DNA from: Nitrosopumilus sp.
GTDB taxonomy: Archaea > Thermoproteota > Nitrososphaeria > Nitrososphaerales > Nitrosopumilaceae
DNA: 64,000 bases
Direction of reading: 5' to 3'
Assembly: GCA_965197525.1 (NCBI GenBank)
Contig: OZ240211.1
Location: forward strand, 2,112,001-2,176,000
Part shown: piece after piece, positions 1 through 11,975 of the stretch
How the letters are laid out: every line of letters starts with the position of its first letter
Position numbering within the stretch: the first letter of the stretch is position 1
Translations under genes and position numbers: made by a program
The notes under the pieces: generated by a model
Database searches by the model: none
The model's input: the letters and a program-made list of their open reading frames with translations, nothing else
Told to the model about the DNA's origin: nothing

Positions 1-389
1 TTGTCTGTTGATACCTTCTTACCGTCTCCAGGACAGGGTGCAATTGCGATAGTTGCAAGAGCAGACGCCACGCAAACCATTGAAATGCTCAAAAAAATTG
101 AGGATGTTGATTCTCGTTTGGAGATTCAGGCAGAGCGCTCCCTCTCAAAGTATGTTGATTCTGGATGCAGGTTTCCATTGGGTGCGTATGCCAAGTCTGA
201 TGGTGCAGACATGACGCTGTCAGTATCGGCATTCTCAGTTGATGGAAAAGAGTCTTTACACGTTAAAATGACTGGGAACAAAGATGACTCCATGTCAATT
301 GGCAGACGTGCAGGAGAGGAATTACACTCAAAAGGAGTGAATAAACTTGCATTAAATTGGAGAGCCAAGGTAGAAGAGTGGAACAAGAC

Positions 390-393
<4 letters not shown>
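1..393 (+). CDS. hemC: Hydroxymethylbilane synthase (porphobilinogen deaminase), C-terminal part, 5'-truncated by window edge
   Basis: 'FLPSPGQGAIAI', 'AERSLSKYVDSGCRFPLGAYA' match HemC C-domain; stop TGA 391-393 overlaps cobA ATG. Confidence 0.9.
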
Positions 394-1318
<925 letters not shown>

Positions 1319-1319
<1 letters not shown>

Positions 1320-2140
1320 TGCTTGCCGGAAAGACTATTGCCATTACCCGTTCACTTGAAGATTCAAAAGAGTTTATCTCACTTGTAAAACAGAACAATG
1401 CAACACCTATAGCATTACCTACCATTGAACTAGTAAGTAAAGGCGAACAAATTGTAGATGAGTTTCTAGAATCTATTGCATCGTACAATCCTGACTATTC
1501 CGTATTTATGAGCTCAAAAGCAGTAAAACTTTTGTTTGATACTGCCAAAAAAGTCAAAAAGATAGACAATCTCAAACTAGCAGTAGCAAACACAATTGTT
1601 GTATCGGTAGGGCCCAAAACATCCATTGCCCTAGAGTCAGAAGGAATAAAAGTAAATCATCAGCCCACAACTTTTTCTTCAGTTGGCATCGGTGAAGTTT
1701 TTACTAGAATTAACGCAGTTGGAAAAAAAGCAATCATTCCAAGAAGCGGTGCCTCCACCCCATTTCTCAAAGAACTGTTATCCAAAATCGGTATTGACGT
1801 CTTGGAGATTCATCTGTATAATGTATGTGCATTTAGGGATACTACTCAATGGAATGGCTTCCGAGAACTATTCTCTCAAAACAAGGTTGATGGCATCATA
1901 TTTACAAGTGCATCATCAGTTAGGGGATTCTTTGAGATACTCTCAAATGACTATGATATTGACGGCTCTGACAATAATAATAATAGAGACACACTATTAC
2001 AAAAGCTTGAAAAATCACTCATAGTCTCTATTGGACCCTTTACATCTGACGAACTAAAAAAATTCAAAGTCAAAAATATCGTTGCCCAAGTTCATACTGT
2101 ATCAGGCGCATTTGATGCAGTTAATAAATCACTTTTTTAG
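1319..2140 (+). CDS. hemD: Uroporphyrinogen-III synthase
   Basis: 'KTIAITRS', 'VSVGPKT', 'IIFTSASSVRGF', 'SIGPFTSDEL'; ATG 1319 overlaps cobA TAA; carries a DNNNNR insertion. Confidence 0.88.
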
Positions 2141-2307
2141 TTTTGAAGATCGTACTGCACACATCAAAACCAAGTCTCTGATGATGGTTTTGTCAATAAG
2201 TCTAAGGCGATAATGGTATGTCTCTAGTTGCACATTAGTTGTAAATGTCTCGGGTTTGAAACAGTGTAAATTTTAAAAAAAATAATATGTATATATTTAT
2301 AAAAATT

Positions 2308-2481
2308 TTACTGCATTTCATTTAATTTTACAAGTTCTTTTTCTAAACGTTCTAATTCATCTCTTATCTTGTTGGCAAGCGAATACATTTCATGTTGTTC
2401 AAACGCAATAATTGCCGTCTTTGTATAATTTATTTTGTCATTTAGTTTTTTCTTTTCATCCATGTAAGAATCGTATGCCAT
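2308..2481 (-). CDS. 57-aa helical small protein (below ORF-track cutoff)
   Basis: Manual translation MAYDSYMDEKKKLNDKINYTKTAIIAFEQHEMYSLANKIRDELERLEKELVKLNEMQ; similar to neighbour 2583-2726. Confidence 0.55.
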   Translation of the reverse strand: MAYDSYMDEKKKLNDKINYTKTAIIAFEQHEMYSLANKIRDELERLEKELVKLNEMQ

Positions 2482-2582
2482 ATATATACAAGCAATATTA
2501 TCTATTTAAAATATTAATTGTTATTTGTATTACATATGTTTAATTAAACAACATATATTCACATTTTAGAATTTTATCATGT

Positions 2583-2726
2583 TTACGTTACTTGCTCTTG
2601 AGCTAGTTTTTCTTTTAAATTTTTAATTTCTTCATTTCCGGCATTCACCATATTTGATAAACCGTGTTCCTCAAATCCCTTGATGTATTTTTCAATACAT
2701 TTTATTTTGTCTTCCGTTGTAACCAT
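2583..2726 (-). CDS. 47-aa helical small protein, paralog of 2308-2481
   Basis: MVTTEDKIKCIEKYIKGFEEHGLSNMVNAGNEEIKNLKEKLAQEQVT; 11/36 ungapped identities with neighbour. Confidence 0.55.
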   Translation of the reverse strand: MVTTEDKIKCIEKYIKGFEEHGLSNMVNAGNEEIKNLKEKLAQEQVT

Positions 2727-3276
2727 AACAGTATTTGTGTTACAATATTTATAAATATTTTGAAATATGGTTCTGCTTGTATTGTCCAGAAAGTAGTTCA
2801 CCCCTCACATCAGACTCATAGTCTAGGCAGGCGTGTTCCATGATAGATTTTTTCAGCGGCATAGCATCCCATGTAAAATCTATGAAAGACACAGTCGGCT
2901 TTTCCATTACTAGAAACCGTGGCATGTGGATACATAGGTGGAGACGCTCTATTGTGTGGCGTTATATGGGAAGATTGAGAGGTACGCGTTGGAATTCATT
3001 TACTGTAATTTAGGCGAATGTGATCATGGCGATCCTGACAACAAGAAGAATAATATGGAAAAAACGTATGAATTGACAAAGATGACGTATATAGAATGCC
3101 ATACAAACGTCAATTCTATTTAAAGATAAAAAACCTCAAATTCAGTTGTTAAAAAAGCCTTTTTATAGATTCAAGATATACTGTATGAACTAATTGTGAT
3201 AGATTTACAATGTTAATTTACGTAAATCTTCAGAATTTGACGGATTTGTTTAGCTCTGCCTATTTTTCACGATCTA

Positions 3277-3284
3277 TTTATAAT
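3277..3284 (+). promoter_or_regulatory. Putative TATA box of suf operon (leaderless spacing)
   Basis: TTTATAAT 21-28 nt upstream of sufB ATG. Confidence 0.4.
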
Positions 3285-3304
3285 ATAACGGGGTTATCTT
3301 CAAT

Positions 3305-4705
3305 ATGACAACTGAAAATCTAGATATGGATTATTCACAATATGATTTTAAGGACTCTACAGAGATGTACGTCCACCTTAGCAAGAAAGGCCTGTCTAAG
3401 GAAACTGTAATTAGTATCAGTAAGATGAAAGATGAGCCACAATGGATGCTTGATTTTAGATTGCGCTCCTTTGAAATTTTTATGGAAAAACCAATGCCTA
3501 CTTGGGGTGGCGATCTTAGTGTTATTGACTTTCAAAATATCTACTACTATGCCAAGGCGTCTGAGAAGGTGGAGAAGAGCTGGGATGACGTGCCTGAGAA
3601 TGTTAAAAACACGTTTGACAAACTAGGCATTCCAGAGGCCGAAAAGAAGTTTTTGGCAGGTGTTGGCGCACAGTACGAATCTGAAGTCGTATATCACAGT
3701 TTAAGGGAGGATTTGGCAAAACAAGGTGTTCTCTTTTTGGATACTGATGCTGCACTAAAAGAACATCCTGAGATGTTCAAAAAATACTTTGGTAAGATTA
3801 TTCCTCCAGAGGATAACAAATTTGCCGCATTAAACAGCGCAGTATGGAGTGGCGGCTCATTTATCTATGTACCACCAGGTGTCTCAGTGGACATGCCATT
3901 ACAAGCATACTTTAGAATTAACGCTGAGAACATTGGTCAGTTTGAGAGAACTCTGATAATTGTTGATGAAGGTGCAGAAGTACACTACATAGAGGGATGT
4001 ACTGCTCCTGTATACTCTTCTGAATCCCTGCACTCTGCTGTAGTCGAACTAATAGCTCACAAAGATGCAAAACTGCGATACACCACAATCCAAAACTGGA
4101 GTAACGATGTTTACAATCTTGTGACTAAACGTGCCTATGCATATGAGGGAGCAACAGTAGAATGGATTGACGGAAACATTGGCAGTAAACTAACTATGAA
4201 GTATCCGGGTGTATATCTTTTAGGTGAGCGGGCATACGGTGAGACACTGTCTATTGCATTTGCAGGTAAAGGACAGCATCAAGATACGGGTGCCAAGATG
4301 GTTCATCTTGCACCACATACTACGTCCAAAGTCACATCAAAATCAGTTAGCAGATTAGATGGACGTTCTACGTACCGTGGAATGCTCAAAGTTGCAAAAG
4401 GTGCTACAAATGTAAAGTCTACTGTGCGATGCGACGCACTACTCTTAGACGATACATCAAAAACTGATACATATCCATACATGGAGATTGATCAGGAAGA
4501 CGCAACTATCACCCACGAGGCAACAGTTGGAAAGATTGGTGATGATCAAATCTTTTATCTTATGAGTAGGGGATTCAACGAAGAAGAAGCTCTGTCATTG
4601 ATCGTCAACGGCTTTATGGAGCCATTTACAAAAGAACTCCCAATGGAATATGCAGTAGAACTGAACAGACTCATCAAACTAGAGATGGATGACTCTGTAG
4701 GGTGA
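3305..4705 (+). CDS. sufB: Fe-S cluster assembly protein SufB
   Basis: 'GQFERTLII', 'HYIEGCTAP', 'LHSAVVE', 'HEATVGKI', 'YLMSRG'. Confidence 0.96.
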   Translation: MTTENLDMDYSQYDFKDSTEMYVHLSKKGLSKETVISISKMKDEPQWMLDFRLRSFEIFMEKPMPTWGGDLSVIDFQNIYYYAKASEKVEKSWDDVPENVKNTFDKLGIPEAEKKFLAGVGAQYESEVVYHSLREDLAKQGVLFLDTDAALKEHPEMFKKYFGKIIPPEDNKFAALNSAVWSGGSFIYVPPGVSVDMPLQAYFRINAENIGQFERTLIIVDEGAEVHYIEGCTAPVYSSESLHSAVVELIAHKDAKLRYTTIQNWSNDVYNLVTKRAYAYEGATVEWIDGNIGSKLTMKYPGVYLLGERAYGETLSIAFAGKGQHQDTGAKMVHLAPHTTSKVTSKSVSRLDGRSTYRGMLKVAKGATNVKSTVRCDALLLDDTSKTDTYPYMEIDQEDATITHEATVGKIGDDQIFYLMSRGFNEEEALSLIVNGFMEPFTKELPMEYAVELNRLIKLEMDDSVG

Positions 4706-4724
4706 CCACTGGTTTTGATTAGAT

Positions 4725-6125
4725 ATGTCCCAAGAACTACTCTCAAGCATTAGCGCGTCTCACATCGATGAGATCTCATCATCTATGAATGAACCTGACT
4801 GGCTCAAAGATTACAGAAAGGCATCATTGTCTGTATACAACAACCTGCCAATTGAGATCTCCCCACTTTACAATAAATACACTGATGTCAAAAAGATGGA
4901 TATTACAAAGGTGTCTCTCTCAATTACCACTGCACAAACAGTTCCTAGTTTCCTCAAAAAACGACTCGGCGAACTAGAAGACGAGATATGCATCATTCAG
5001 ATTGGAACAAACATTCACAGAATCAACCTGCCTGACTCTCTAAAATCCCAAGGATTGATAATATCTTCAATATCAGATGCAATAAAACACACACCAGAAC
5101 TGGTAAAAAAAGCACTAGAGGCCTCAAACTCTAACGCAGACAAGTTTACTGCATTAAACAATGCAGCATTTAACTCTGGCGTGTTCATACATATACCACG
5201 CAATGTTACTGTGGACCGACCAATCCATATGTTGCTGTGTCTCTCAGAAGACGGCCATTCTGCCATATCTCGCAATATCATATTTGCAGATCAAAGCAGC
5301 AAGGCTACCATAGTACAAGAGCTGTACTCGCCTAACATACAGACACAGCAGGCATATCTAGAGTTGCTAAACACCACAGTTGCAGGCAACGCAAACCTAG
5401 ATGTCACCACTCTTCAGATGATGGACCAACACGCAGTCACCTTTTCGACTAGACGAACCGATCTAGCACAAGATGCTAGTGTAAACTGGTACTCTGGTCT
5501 GTTCGGTTCTATGCTGTCTAGATACAATATAGAATATTTCTTAAATGGAACAGGCGCATCATCTAATGACTCTGAAGTGGTCTTTGGGAACAATGATCAA
5601 TCTTTTGATATTCATACTGCAGTGAACCATGAGGAACGTTCCACTGAGGGACGCGTAGTTGAAAAATCCATCCTTCGAAACAAGTCAAAATCTCTGTTCA
5701 AAGGAATGATTAGAATAAAAGAGAATGCTACAAAATCAAACTCATTTCTGTCTGGTCGCTCCATTCTGTTAGATGAGGATGCCAAATCAGATGCAATCCC
5801 TGGCCTTGAGATCTTTACCAACGATGTAAAGGCCACCCACTCTGCATCAGTTGCACAGATTGATGAAGAACAAATATTTTATCTAAAGACCAGATGTCTT
5901 AGCCACGAAGAGGCTGAGAGAACTATAGTTGAGGGGTTCTTAGAACCGCTATCACGAAAGATGTCATTTCAGGTCAGAGCTTGGATAGCCTATCTCATTG
6001 AATCAAAGTGGGAGAATAAGGATCTAACTATTAATACTGATGAAGAGCTAGCCAAGTTTGTTGAAATTGAAGAGACACGCTACAATGAGGATGCTGAAAT
6101 CGAGCAGCATTACAAGTATAGGTGA
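4725..6125 (+). CDS. sufD: Fe-S cluster assembly protein SufD
   Basis: 'ALNNAAFNSGVFI', 'SDAIPGLEIFTNDVKATHSASV', 'FYLKTR'; follows sufB. Confidence 0.92.
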   Translation: MSQELLSSISASHIDEISSSMNEPDWLKDYRKASLSVYNNLPIEISPLYNKYTDVKKMDITKVSLSITTAQTVPSFLKKRLGELEDEICIIQIGTNIHRINLPDSLKSQGLIISSISDAIKHTPELVKKALEASNSNADKFTALNNAAFNSGVFIHIPRNVTVDRPIHMLLCLSEDGHSAISRNIIFADQSSKATIVQELYSPNIQTQQAYLELLNTTVAGNANLDVTTLQMMDQHAVTFSTRRTDLAQDASVNWYSGLFGSMLSRYNIEYFLNGTGASSNDSEVVFGNNDQSFDIHTAVNHEERSTEGRVVEKSILRNKSKSLFKGMIRIKENATKSNSFLSGRSILLDEDAKSDAIPGLEIFTNDVKATHSASVAQIDEEQIFYLKTRCLSHEEAERTIVEGFLEPLSRKMSFQVRAWIAYLIESKWENKDLTINTDEELAKFVEIEETRYNEDAEIEQHYKYR

Positions 6126-6439
6126 TTCTTCTGCCTGAATGGATTAAAGCCTGTACGTTACAGCAGGTAAAAGAAGGTCAACTATTTGGTTTTGTACACA
6201 ACGATACCAAAATCTTGATTGCAAATCTAAAGGGAAAGATACACGCAACTGATCTAATCTGTACACATGCAAATGCAGATCTGTCTACTGGATTTCTAAG
6301 TGATGAGGGTGTCCGATGTCCTTTGCATTTGTCTGTGTTTAATCTGGCAAATGGAGAACCTCAAAACCTTCCTGCCGAAGTGCCTCTTAAGATATACAAT
6401 GTCAAAGTCCAGTCTGATGAGATTTATGTGGAGGTATGA
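6122..6439 (+). CDS. Rieske-type [2Fe-2S] ferredoxin
   Basis: CTH ... CPLH Rieske ligands; inside suf operon. Confidence 0.9.
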   Translation: MILLPEWIKACTLQQVKEGQLFGFVHNDTKILIANLKGKIHATDLICTHANADLSTGFLSDEGVRCPLHLSVFNLANGEPQNLPAEVPLKIYNVKVQSDEIYVEV

Positions 6440-6446
6440 TGGTATA

Positions 6447-7733
6447 ATGCAAAGTACAGAATCACTATTTGAAAATTTGAAAAACGATTTTCCAATTCTT
6501 AAAAGGACCGTCCGTGATAACAAACCCTTGGTGTACCTAGATAATGCATCAACAACCCAAAAACCAAATCAGGTAATAGATGCAATCACTTACTATTACC
6601 AAAATCATAATGCAAATATTCACAGAGCAGTTTATGCACTAGCTGAAGAAGCCACTCATGCATATGAGGAGACAAGAGACAAGATTGCAAACTTTGTAAA
6701 CATCAAGGATCGTCAGGAGATAATTTTTGTTAGGGGAACTACTGAGGCAATAAACTTGGTTGCATATGCTTGGGGCAGATCTCACATTCAAAAAGACGAT
6801 ATTATCGTCACTACCGAATATGAACATCACAGCAACATTGTACCGTGGCAGCTATTAACGCAAGAGACAGGCGCCAAACTAAAATACATTCGTATGGACG
6901 ATGACGGTGAGCTAATCTTAGACGACCTCAAAGAATATCTTGACACAGGCAAGGTCAAACTAGTAGCGTTTAGTCTAATGTCAAATGTGCTTGGCACTAT
7001 CACTGATGCAAAAAAGATAGTTCAGATGTGCAAGGCTGCTACAATAGCAACAACAACAACAACGCCTGAAGGAGGCAATAACCATATCCTTACACTAATT
7101 GACGGCGCCCAAGCAGTCCCCCACATGAAGGTTGACATTGCAGATTTGGGATGCGACTTTTTTGCCTTCTCTGGGCACAAGATGTTGGGTCCTACCGGCA
7201 TTGGTGTGCTGTGGGTTAAAAAAAAGGTTCTTGAGACTATGGTGCCATTTCATGGAGGCGGTGATATGATAAGAGAGGTTCACAAGTACGAGACTACTTG
7301 GAATGACCTGCCATACAAATTTGAGGCAGGTACTCCCAATATTGCAGATGTTGTAGGACTTGGAGCAGCCATTGACTATATCAATAAAATTGGAATCAAT
7401 AACATTCGAGAGCATGAAGTAGAGTTGACAAAATATGCCATAGAGAAACTGTCTGCTGTAAAGGGTCTCCACATATACGGACCAAAGGATATATCAAAGC
7501 GCGGCGGCGTCATATCTTTTAATTTTGCAGACGTGCATCCCCATGATGTTGCACAAATTGTTGATGCGGAGGGTATTGCAGTACGTTCTGGCCATCACTG
7601 TGCCCAAGTATTGATGGAAAGACTCAACATTGCTGCAACATCAAGGGCTAGTTTTTACATATACAATACCAAACACGACATTGATGTTCTTGTAAATTCC
7701 TTAAATATTGTAGCAAAGGTGTTCAAGCTATGA
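6447..7733 (+). CDS. sufS: SufS-type cysteine desulfurase
   Basis: 'YLDNASTTQKP', 'FSGHKMLGPTGIG', 'RSGHHCAQ'; ATG 6447 is the likely start; in-frame ATIATTTTTPEGGNNH insertion. Confidence 0.95.
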   Translation: MQSTESLFENLKNDFPILKRTVRDNKPLVYLDNASTTQKPNQVIDAITYYYQNHNANIHRAVYALAEEATHAYEETRDKIANFVNIKDRQEIIFVRGTTEAINLVAYAWGRSHIQKDDIIVTTEYEHHSNIVPWQLLTQETGAKLKYIRMDDDGELILDDLKEYLDTGKVKLVAFSLMSNVLGTITDAKKIVQMCKAATIATTTTTPEGGNNHILTLIDGAQAVPHMKVDIADLGCDFFAFSGHKMLGPTGIGVLWVKKKVLETMVPFHGGGDMIREVHKYETTWNDLPYKFEAGTPNIADVVGLGAAIDYINKIGINNIREHEVELTKYAIEKLSAVKGLHIYGPKDISKRGGVISFNFADVHPHDVAQIVDAEGIAVRSGHHCAQVLMERLNIAATSRASFYIYNTKHDIDVLVNSLNIVAKVFKL

Positions 7734-8203
7734 CTGCTGCCTCTACTGGAAGCGCAGACATATATCATGAGATGATAGTTGATTATTCTCGCAATCCTGT
7801 AAATTATGGACAAATCGAGAACCCTGATGTAACTTTTCATGACTCTAATCCGTTGTGTGGTGATAGTATAGACATCGATATGAAGATAGACGATAACCGA
7901 GTCACCGACATAAAATTTCATGGCAAGGGGTGTGCCATATGTATGGCGTGTTCCTCTGTATTGACTGAGATTACAAAGGGGAAGACTCTTGATGAGACAA
8001 GGGATATTGACAAAAATGATGTATTAAGTGAGTTGGGTCTTGAACACCTACAAGCTGTTAGAATAAAATGTGCTTTACTTTCACTAAAAGTACTCAAGTC
8101 CGCTCTTTATACATACATTGGAGAACATCTGAGTGATAATGATGGTGATGATGGTGCTCAAAATGCAGACCGACTAAAAGAAGAGGCAAAAAATCTCTAT
8201 TGA
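7730..8203 (+). CDS. sufU: SufU/IscU Fe-S scaffold
   Basis: 'NPLCGD', 'GCAICMACSS', 'RIKCALL'. Confidence 0.9.
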   Translation: MTAASTGSADIYHEMIVDYSRNPVNYGQIENPDVTFHDSNPLCGDSIDIDMKIDDNRVTDIKFHGKGCAICMACSSVLTEITKGKTLDETRDIDKNDVLSELGLEHLQAVRIKCALLSLKVLKSALYTYIGEHLSDNDGDDGAQNADRLKEEAKNLY

Positions 8204-8227
8204 TGATGATGATGATGATGGTTCTAC

Positions 8228-8575
8228 ATGAATGATTTTACTCCCAAAATTCCAATAATTCTTCAGATACGTAAAATAATCTTTGAAAAATTCAACGATG
8301 TAAACATCAACTTTACAAACGATGAGATCTTTGAGATAATCAAAAAAGACGCTGATATCCACCCATCATGGATTATTGATGATACAGAGTCATTTTTTAA
8401 TGATATTTGTCGTGCTGGTCTTGTTCGCAATATTGCACAAAATTTTACCACAATCTGGCTGAAACTCTTTGATCCTGTAGAAAAACTTCACTGTAACACC
8501 TGTGATTATGATGTCTGTCTTGGTATGTCAGAAGACAGAATATGCCCAAACCCTTCGTGCAAATCCTCTATCTAG
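8228..8575 (+). CDS. Hypothetical protein with C-terminal zinc ribbon
   Basis: 115 aa; CxxC...CPNPSC. Confidence 0.7.
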   Translation: MNDFTPKIPIILQIRKIIFEKFNDVNINFTNDEIFEIIKKDADIHPSWIIDDTESFFNDICRAGLVRNIAQNFTTIWLKLFDPVEKLHCNTCDYDVCLGMSEDRICPNPSCKSSI

Positions 8576-9776
8576 ATCTGTACCTTGATGCTGCATCTTC
8601 CAACGCTTTAATCATTGGCAGTTTCTCGCCTGTAAGATATCGTACTAGTGCACCGCCTGCCGTACTAATGTGGTTAATCTTTGAATCTAATCCCTGTTGT
8701 TTTAGCGCTGTAGTGAGATGACCTCCACTTACAATTGTTGTAGCCATAGAGTTTGCAACTGCTTTGAGTAACGCGTTTGTTCCATAGCTGAATTGCTCAT
8801 TCTCAAAGAATCCCGCAGGTCCGCTGATGAACACAGTTCCTGCACCGGCGATTAGTTTTGAATAATGGTTTACAGTTTTAGGTCCCAAGTCAAAAATTCT
8901 GTCCCCTCTTAGCATCTCTCGTACATCCATCTCAATCCTCTCTCCATCCTTGTCAATTGCAATATCCACAGGCGTTGCAAATACATCCGGATATTCTCCT
9001 ATCAACGAGTGCGCTCGTGCGACAACCTCTTCTTCTCTTTTAAATCCCAACAGTGATTTGATTCTGGCTTGCGCGCGCATAAACACATTTCCAATGAGCC
9101 CCGTTAGCAACACGTGATCTGCTCTGCCATTTTGAATCAGCAGTTTTATGGCCTCTAACCTGTCTTGAATCTTTGAACCGCCTAGCACTATCACATGTGG
9201 TGCTTTGGCAACTGTCATTATCTCATCCAAGTTTCTTACCTCTCTTTCTGCAATTCTTCCCGCACAAGCTGGTAACACTTGCGCAAATCCTACTATTGAT
9301 GGGTGTGACCTATGTGCACTGGGAAATGAGTCTAACACGCACAGGTCAAACAAACCTGCTAATCTTGACACCATTATCGTCTTTGCTGCATTCTCTGGGG
9401 TAAACTCGTAGTTCTCCTCAGCACACAGTCTGAGATTATCCAATAGCAATATCTCGCCATCTTTTAAATTCTTGATTGCATCTTGTGCGGCAGCACCGAT
9501 CGTATCCTCTACATATTTTATCTTTCTACTAGTCAACCTCTCAAGTACTTTGGCATGTTTGTCCATTCCTGTATACTCGTTGTTTCCAACCCTGCCCTGA
9601 TGTGATCCAACTACCACTTTGGCCTCTTTTAACGCCTGTATGCTCTCAATGGCCTCCTCAATTCGATACGTGCCTAAAATCTCATGCGTCTCAGGATCCA
9701 TCGGGCAGTTCATATCTACTCTTAAAAAGACCGTTTTGCCTTTCAGATCAAAATCATCTAATGTGAGTACCTTCAC
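8568..9776 (-). CDS. pgk: Phosphoglycerate kinase
   Basis: 'VFLRVDMNCP', 'SHQGR', 'LLDNLR', 'LGGSK', 'GGHL', 'STAGGA'. Confidence 0.95.
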   Translation of the reverse strand: MKVLTLDDFDLKGKTVFLRVDMNCPMDPETHEILGTYRIEEAIESIQALKEAKVVVGSHQGRVGNNEYTGMDKHAKVLERLTSRKIKYVEDTIGAAAQDAIKNLKDGEILLLDNLRLCAEENYEFTPENAAKTIMVSRLAGLFDLCVLDSFPSAHRSHPSIVGFAQVLPACAGRIAEREVRNLDEIMTVAKAPHVIVLGGSKIQDRLEAIKLLIQNGRADHVLLTGLIGNVFMRAQARIKSLLGFKREEEVVARAHSLIGEYPDVFATPVDIAIDKDGERIEMDVREMLRGDRIFDLGPKTVNHYSKLIAGAGTVFISGPAGFFENEQFSYGTNALLKAVANSMATTIVSGGHLTTALKQQGLDSKINHISTAGGALVRYLTGEKLPMIKALEDAASRYRSR

Positions 9777-9906
9777 AGTTTGTCTATTGTCTACTTGGTT
9801 AAATTCTTTAAGACGGCTACAATCTTGTTTGTTGTCTTTTTTCTGCCTTCCTTGATGTTATACCTAGTACCAAAAATTAAAAGACGTCTATTTGGAATCA
9901 TAGTAA

Positions 9907-10578
9907 TTGCAAAACTGGTTATTTGATCTAAGGTCGCGTACCTTTGTCATACTCGTAGTGGTCTTTTTATTAATCACTGCTATTGTATACTCTGGAATCA
10001 CTGAAAGTTTTGATCAAGGTGTGGTCTTGTTCTTCTCTGAAGAGGTTGTAGGTGATCCTGTACTGGATACTACCATGCAGATCATCACAGAGGCAGGTGA
10101 CGGTGTTACCATGCTGGCAATTGGAATATTTGTTCTACTGATTCCTAAAACCCGTAGAATAGGCATCACATTGATGATTCTGATTGTACTCTCTACGCTG
10201 TTAACCGGTTACATCAAGTGCGGCATTGACCGTGACAGACCTGATTTTGAGTATGAGGGCATACCATTTCCGGTATCGGTAAGCCAGGATACATTTGCAT
10301 TGTTTTGTGATGGTGGATTTAATGCCTCATATCCATCCGGTCATGCGGCACGTTCTATGCTGTTTGCAGTAATCTTTGGTTATGCCATCTCTGAGAGATT
10401 CCCACGCGGTGCGTATCTTGTGTTGCTATACCCTGCATTAGTATCTGTGAGCAGGTTGTATGTATTGCAGCACTATCCAATGGATGTGATTGGCGGGACC
10501 GTAATTGGGGTGTTGCTTGCAGGCGTGATAGCTAAAAGGACCAAACTCTACAAAATTTTTGACAAATCAAAAACCTAA
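9907..10578 (+). CDS. PAP2-superfamily membrane phosphatase
   Basis: K...RDRP, 'SYPSGHA', 'SRLYVLQHYPMDV'. Confidence 0.9.
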   Translation: MQNWLFDLRSRTFVILVVVFLLITAIVYSGITESFDQGVVLFFSEEVVGDPVLDTTMQIITEAGDGVTMLAIGIFVLLIPKTRRIGITLMILIVLSTLLTGYIKCGIDRDRPDFEYEGIPFPVSVSQDTFALFCDGGFNASYPSGHAARSMLFAVIFGYAISERFPRGAYLVLLYPALVSVSRLYVLQHYPMDVIGGTVIGVLLAGVIAKRTKLYKIFDKSKT

Positions 10579-10878
10579 CTCACGTAACGTACTATTATCT
10601 ATCAACACTATTGCATAATGCTTGTCGTCATGATGATATGTCCAATATTTGATATCTCTGCTCTTTTTCTGCTCCCTGAGCCTGTATGTAACTCCGGTTG
10701 TTATGGTGTATCCAATTCTTTTTGCAGTCCTGGTTTCTTTTGGCATCAAAACTTTGAATCCTGCTTTCTCTGTCTTAAATCCCAACTCTGCCATCCTTTC
10801 TACTGCTGCCTGCGCCTCTTTTTCGTTCTCTATCTCAAACGTCTCTAGTATTGGCAGGTTCTTTGGATGAAACTCCAT
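10567..10878 (-). CDS. Hypothetical protein (likely start MEFHPK at 10878; ORF open to 11034)
   Basis: Non-overlapping ORF with protein-like composition. Confidence 0.65.
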   Translation of the reverse strand: MEFHPKNLPILETFEIENEKEAQAAVERMAELGFKTEKAGFKVLMPKETRTAKRIGYTITTGVTYRLREQKKSRDIKYWTYHHDDKHYAIVLIDNSTLRELGF

Positions 10879-11233
10879 ACTGTATCCATGATTGATATTT
10901 TTTAAATAGGTTATTGCCGCTGTTTTAATTAGAATCAACCGATCCATCGTCGTTAAATCAACCACAATCAGAATTTTACCGCCTGTGTTATTTTTTTTGT
11001 GACTGTTTGTGTCGTACTTTAATCCACGTATCATTACGATCTCCGTCTAACTGATCACAATAAAAGCAATTGATCCGTCATTACTAGAGTTGATTTGTTG
11101 AATGAACAGTGAGAGAATACCAAGATCAGAACAAAAACTGTGGCTCTGGTAGCAAACTAGAAACACTATACGCCGTACATACACACCATTATTAACACTA
11201 GTCTAAAAAATAATTAAAACGGTAATGCAGTTA

Positions 11234-11545
11234 TTATGGATTTATTTCCATGGTACCAAATTTACCTTTGGTCAGTGCTACTTCCCCTCTAAACTCATTT
11301 GTATATCCGTTTGTAATGACAACTTCATCATTAGTATTCACTTTTTCAATGTCGTCGCCCCACAACGTGAGTTTCATTTCGTTGTCTTCACCTTCTCCAT
11401 CAGATATGACTGCGTCACAAACCTGAATCGTTCCTCCGCTCTTGAGATTTACGGTCCTAGGATCACTTTTGCTTTTTACTCTTGCTTTGACATTAACTCC
11501 ACTTCGCATTGTTTTTGCCTGTGAAATTGGCATTGATTCTGTCAT
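11234..11545 (-). CDS. OB-fold single-stranded DNA-binding protein (SSB/RPA-like)
   Basis: 'GVNVKARV', 'DAVISD', 'KLTLWGD', 'NGYTNEFRG', 'KFG'. Confidence 0.85.
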   Translation of the reverse strand: MTESMPISQAKTMRSGVNVKARVKSKSDPRTVNLKSGGTIQVCDAVISDGEGEDNEMKLTLWGDDIEKVNTNDEVVITNGYTNEFRGEVALTKGKFGTMEINP

Positions 11546-11639
11546 ATTGTTTTGAAACAATATAGCACGATTATAAGCTTTTGTGAAAACGATTTTTCTA
11601 TTATATAACAATTAAATCGATTTCGGTAGATGGAATTGT

Positions 11640-11950
11640 ACCTAAAATTTAGTCGATTATGTTCTTAAATTAGGACAATTTGATGATGATGTAAAATAGT
11701 ACTGCACCAACACCATGGTATGGCGGCTGCAAAAGTTACGGCATCAATAGGGACGGGCTTGTGTGTTCCAAGAAGACAAACCGTATGAAGAATTTCAGTA
11801 TTATCATCTTGTATGTTATAGCAACGTGCACAAGTTTCTGTACATGATATTTTAGGCTGCTTTTCAAACATAAGACTGGTTTTTTTGAATAAAATGGTTC
11901 AAATCCTCTATCTCATGATCTAAAAAATACATGCCGTGAAAATGCAACTA
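11640..11950. mobile_element. Degenerate ISH3-like end fragment
   Basis: ~11728-11820 matches ~14083-14175 (3' end of ISH3-like pseudogene); ~11641-11715 resembles ~13731-13800. Confidence 0.6.
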
Positions 11951-11975
11951 CGTGACTTGCAAATGGTATAGATCA

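Noticed and set aside
357-389. ORF-track start for cobA at 357
   Set aside because: Lies inside hemC; the ATGA overlap at 390 is more plausible. Likewise the long upstream extensions of sufS, sirC, hemB, adh and the helicase were trimmed
2803-3123. Short ORFs on both strands between the micro-proteins and sufB
   Set aside because: No recognisable motif or repeat partner; cannot support a call
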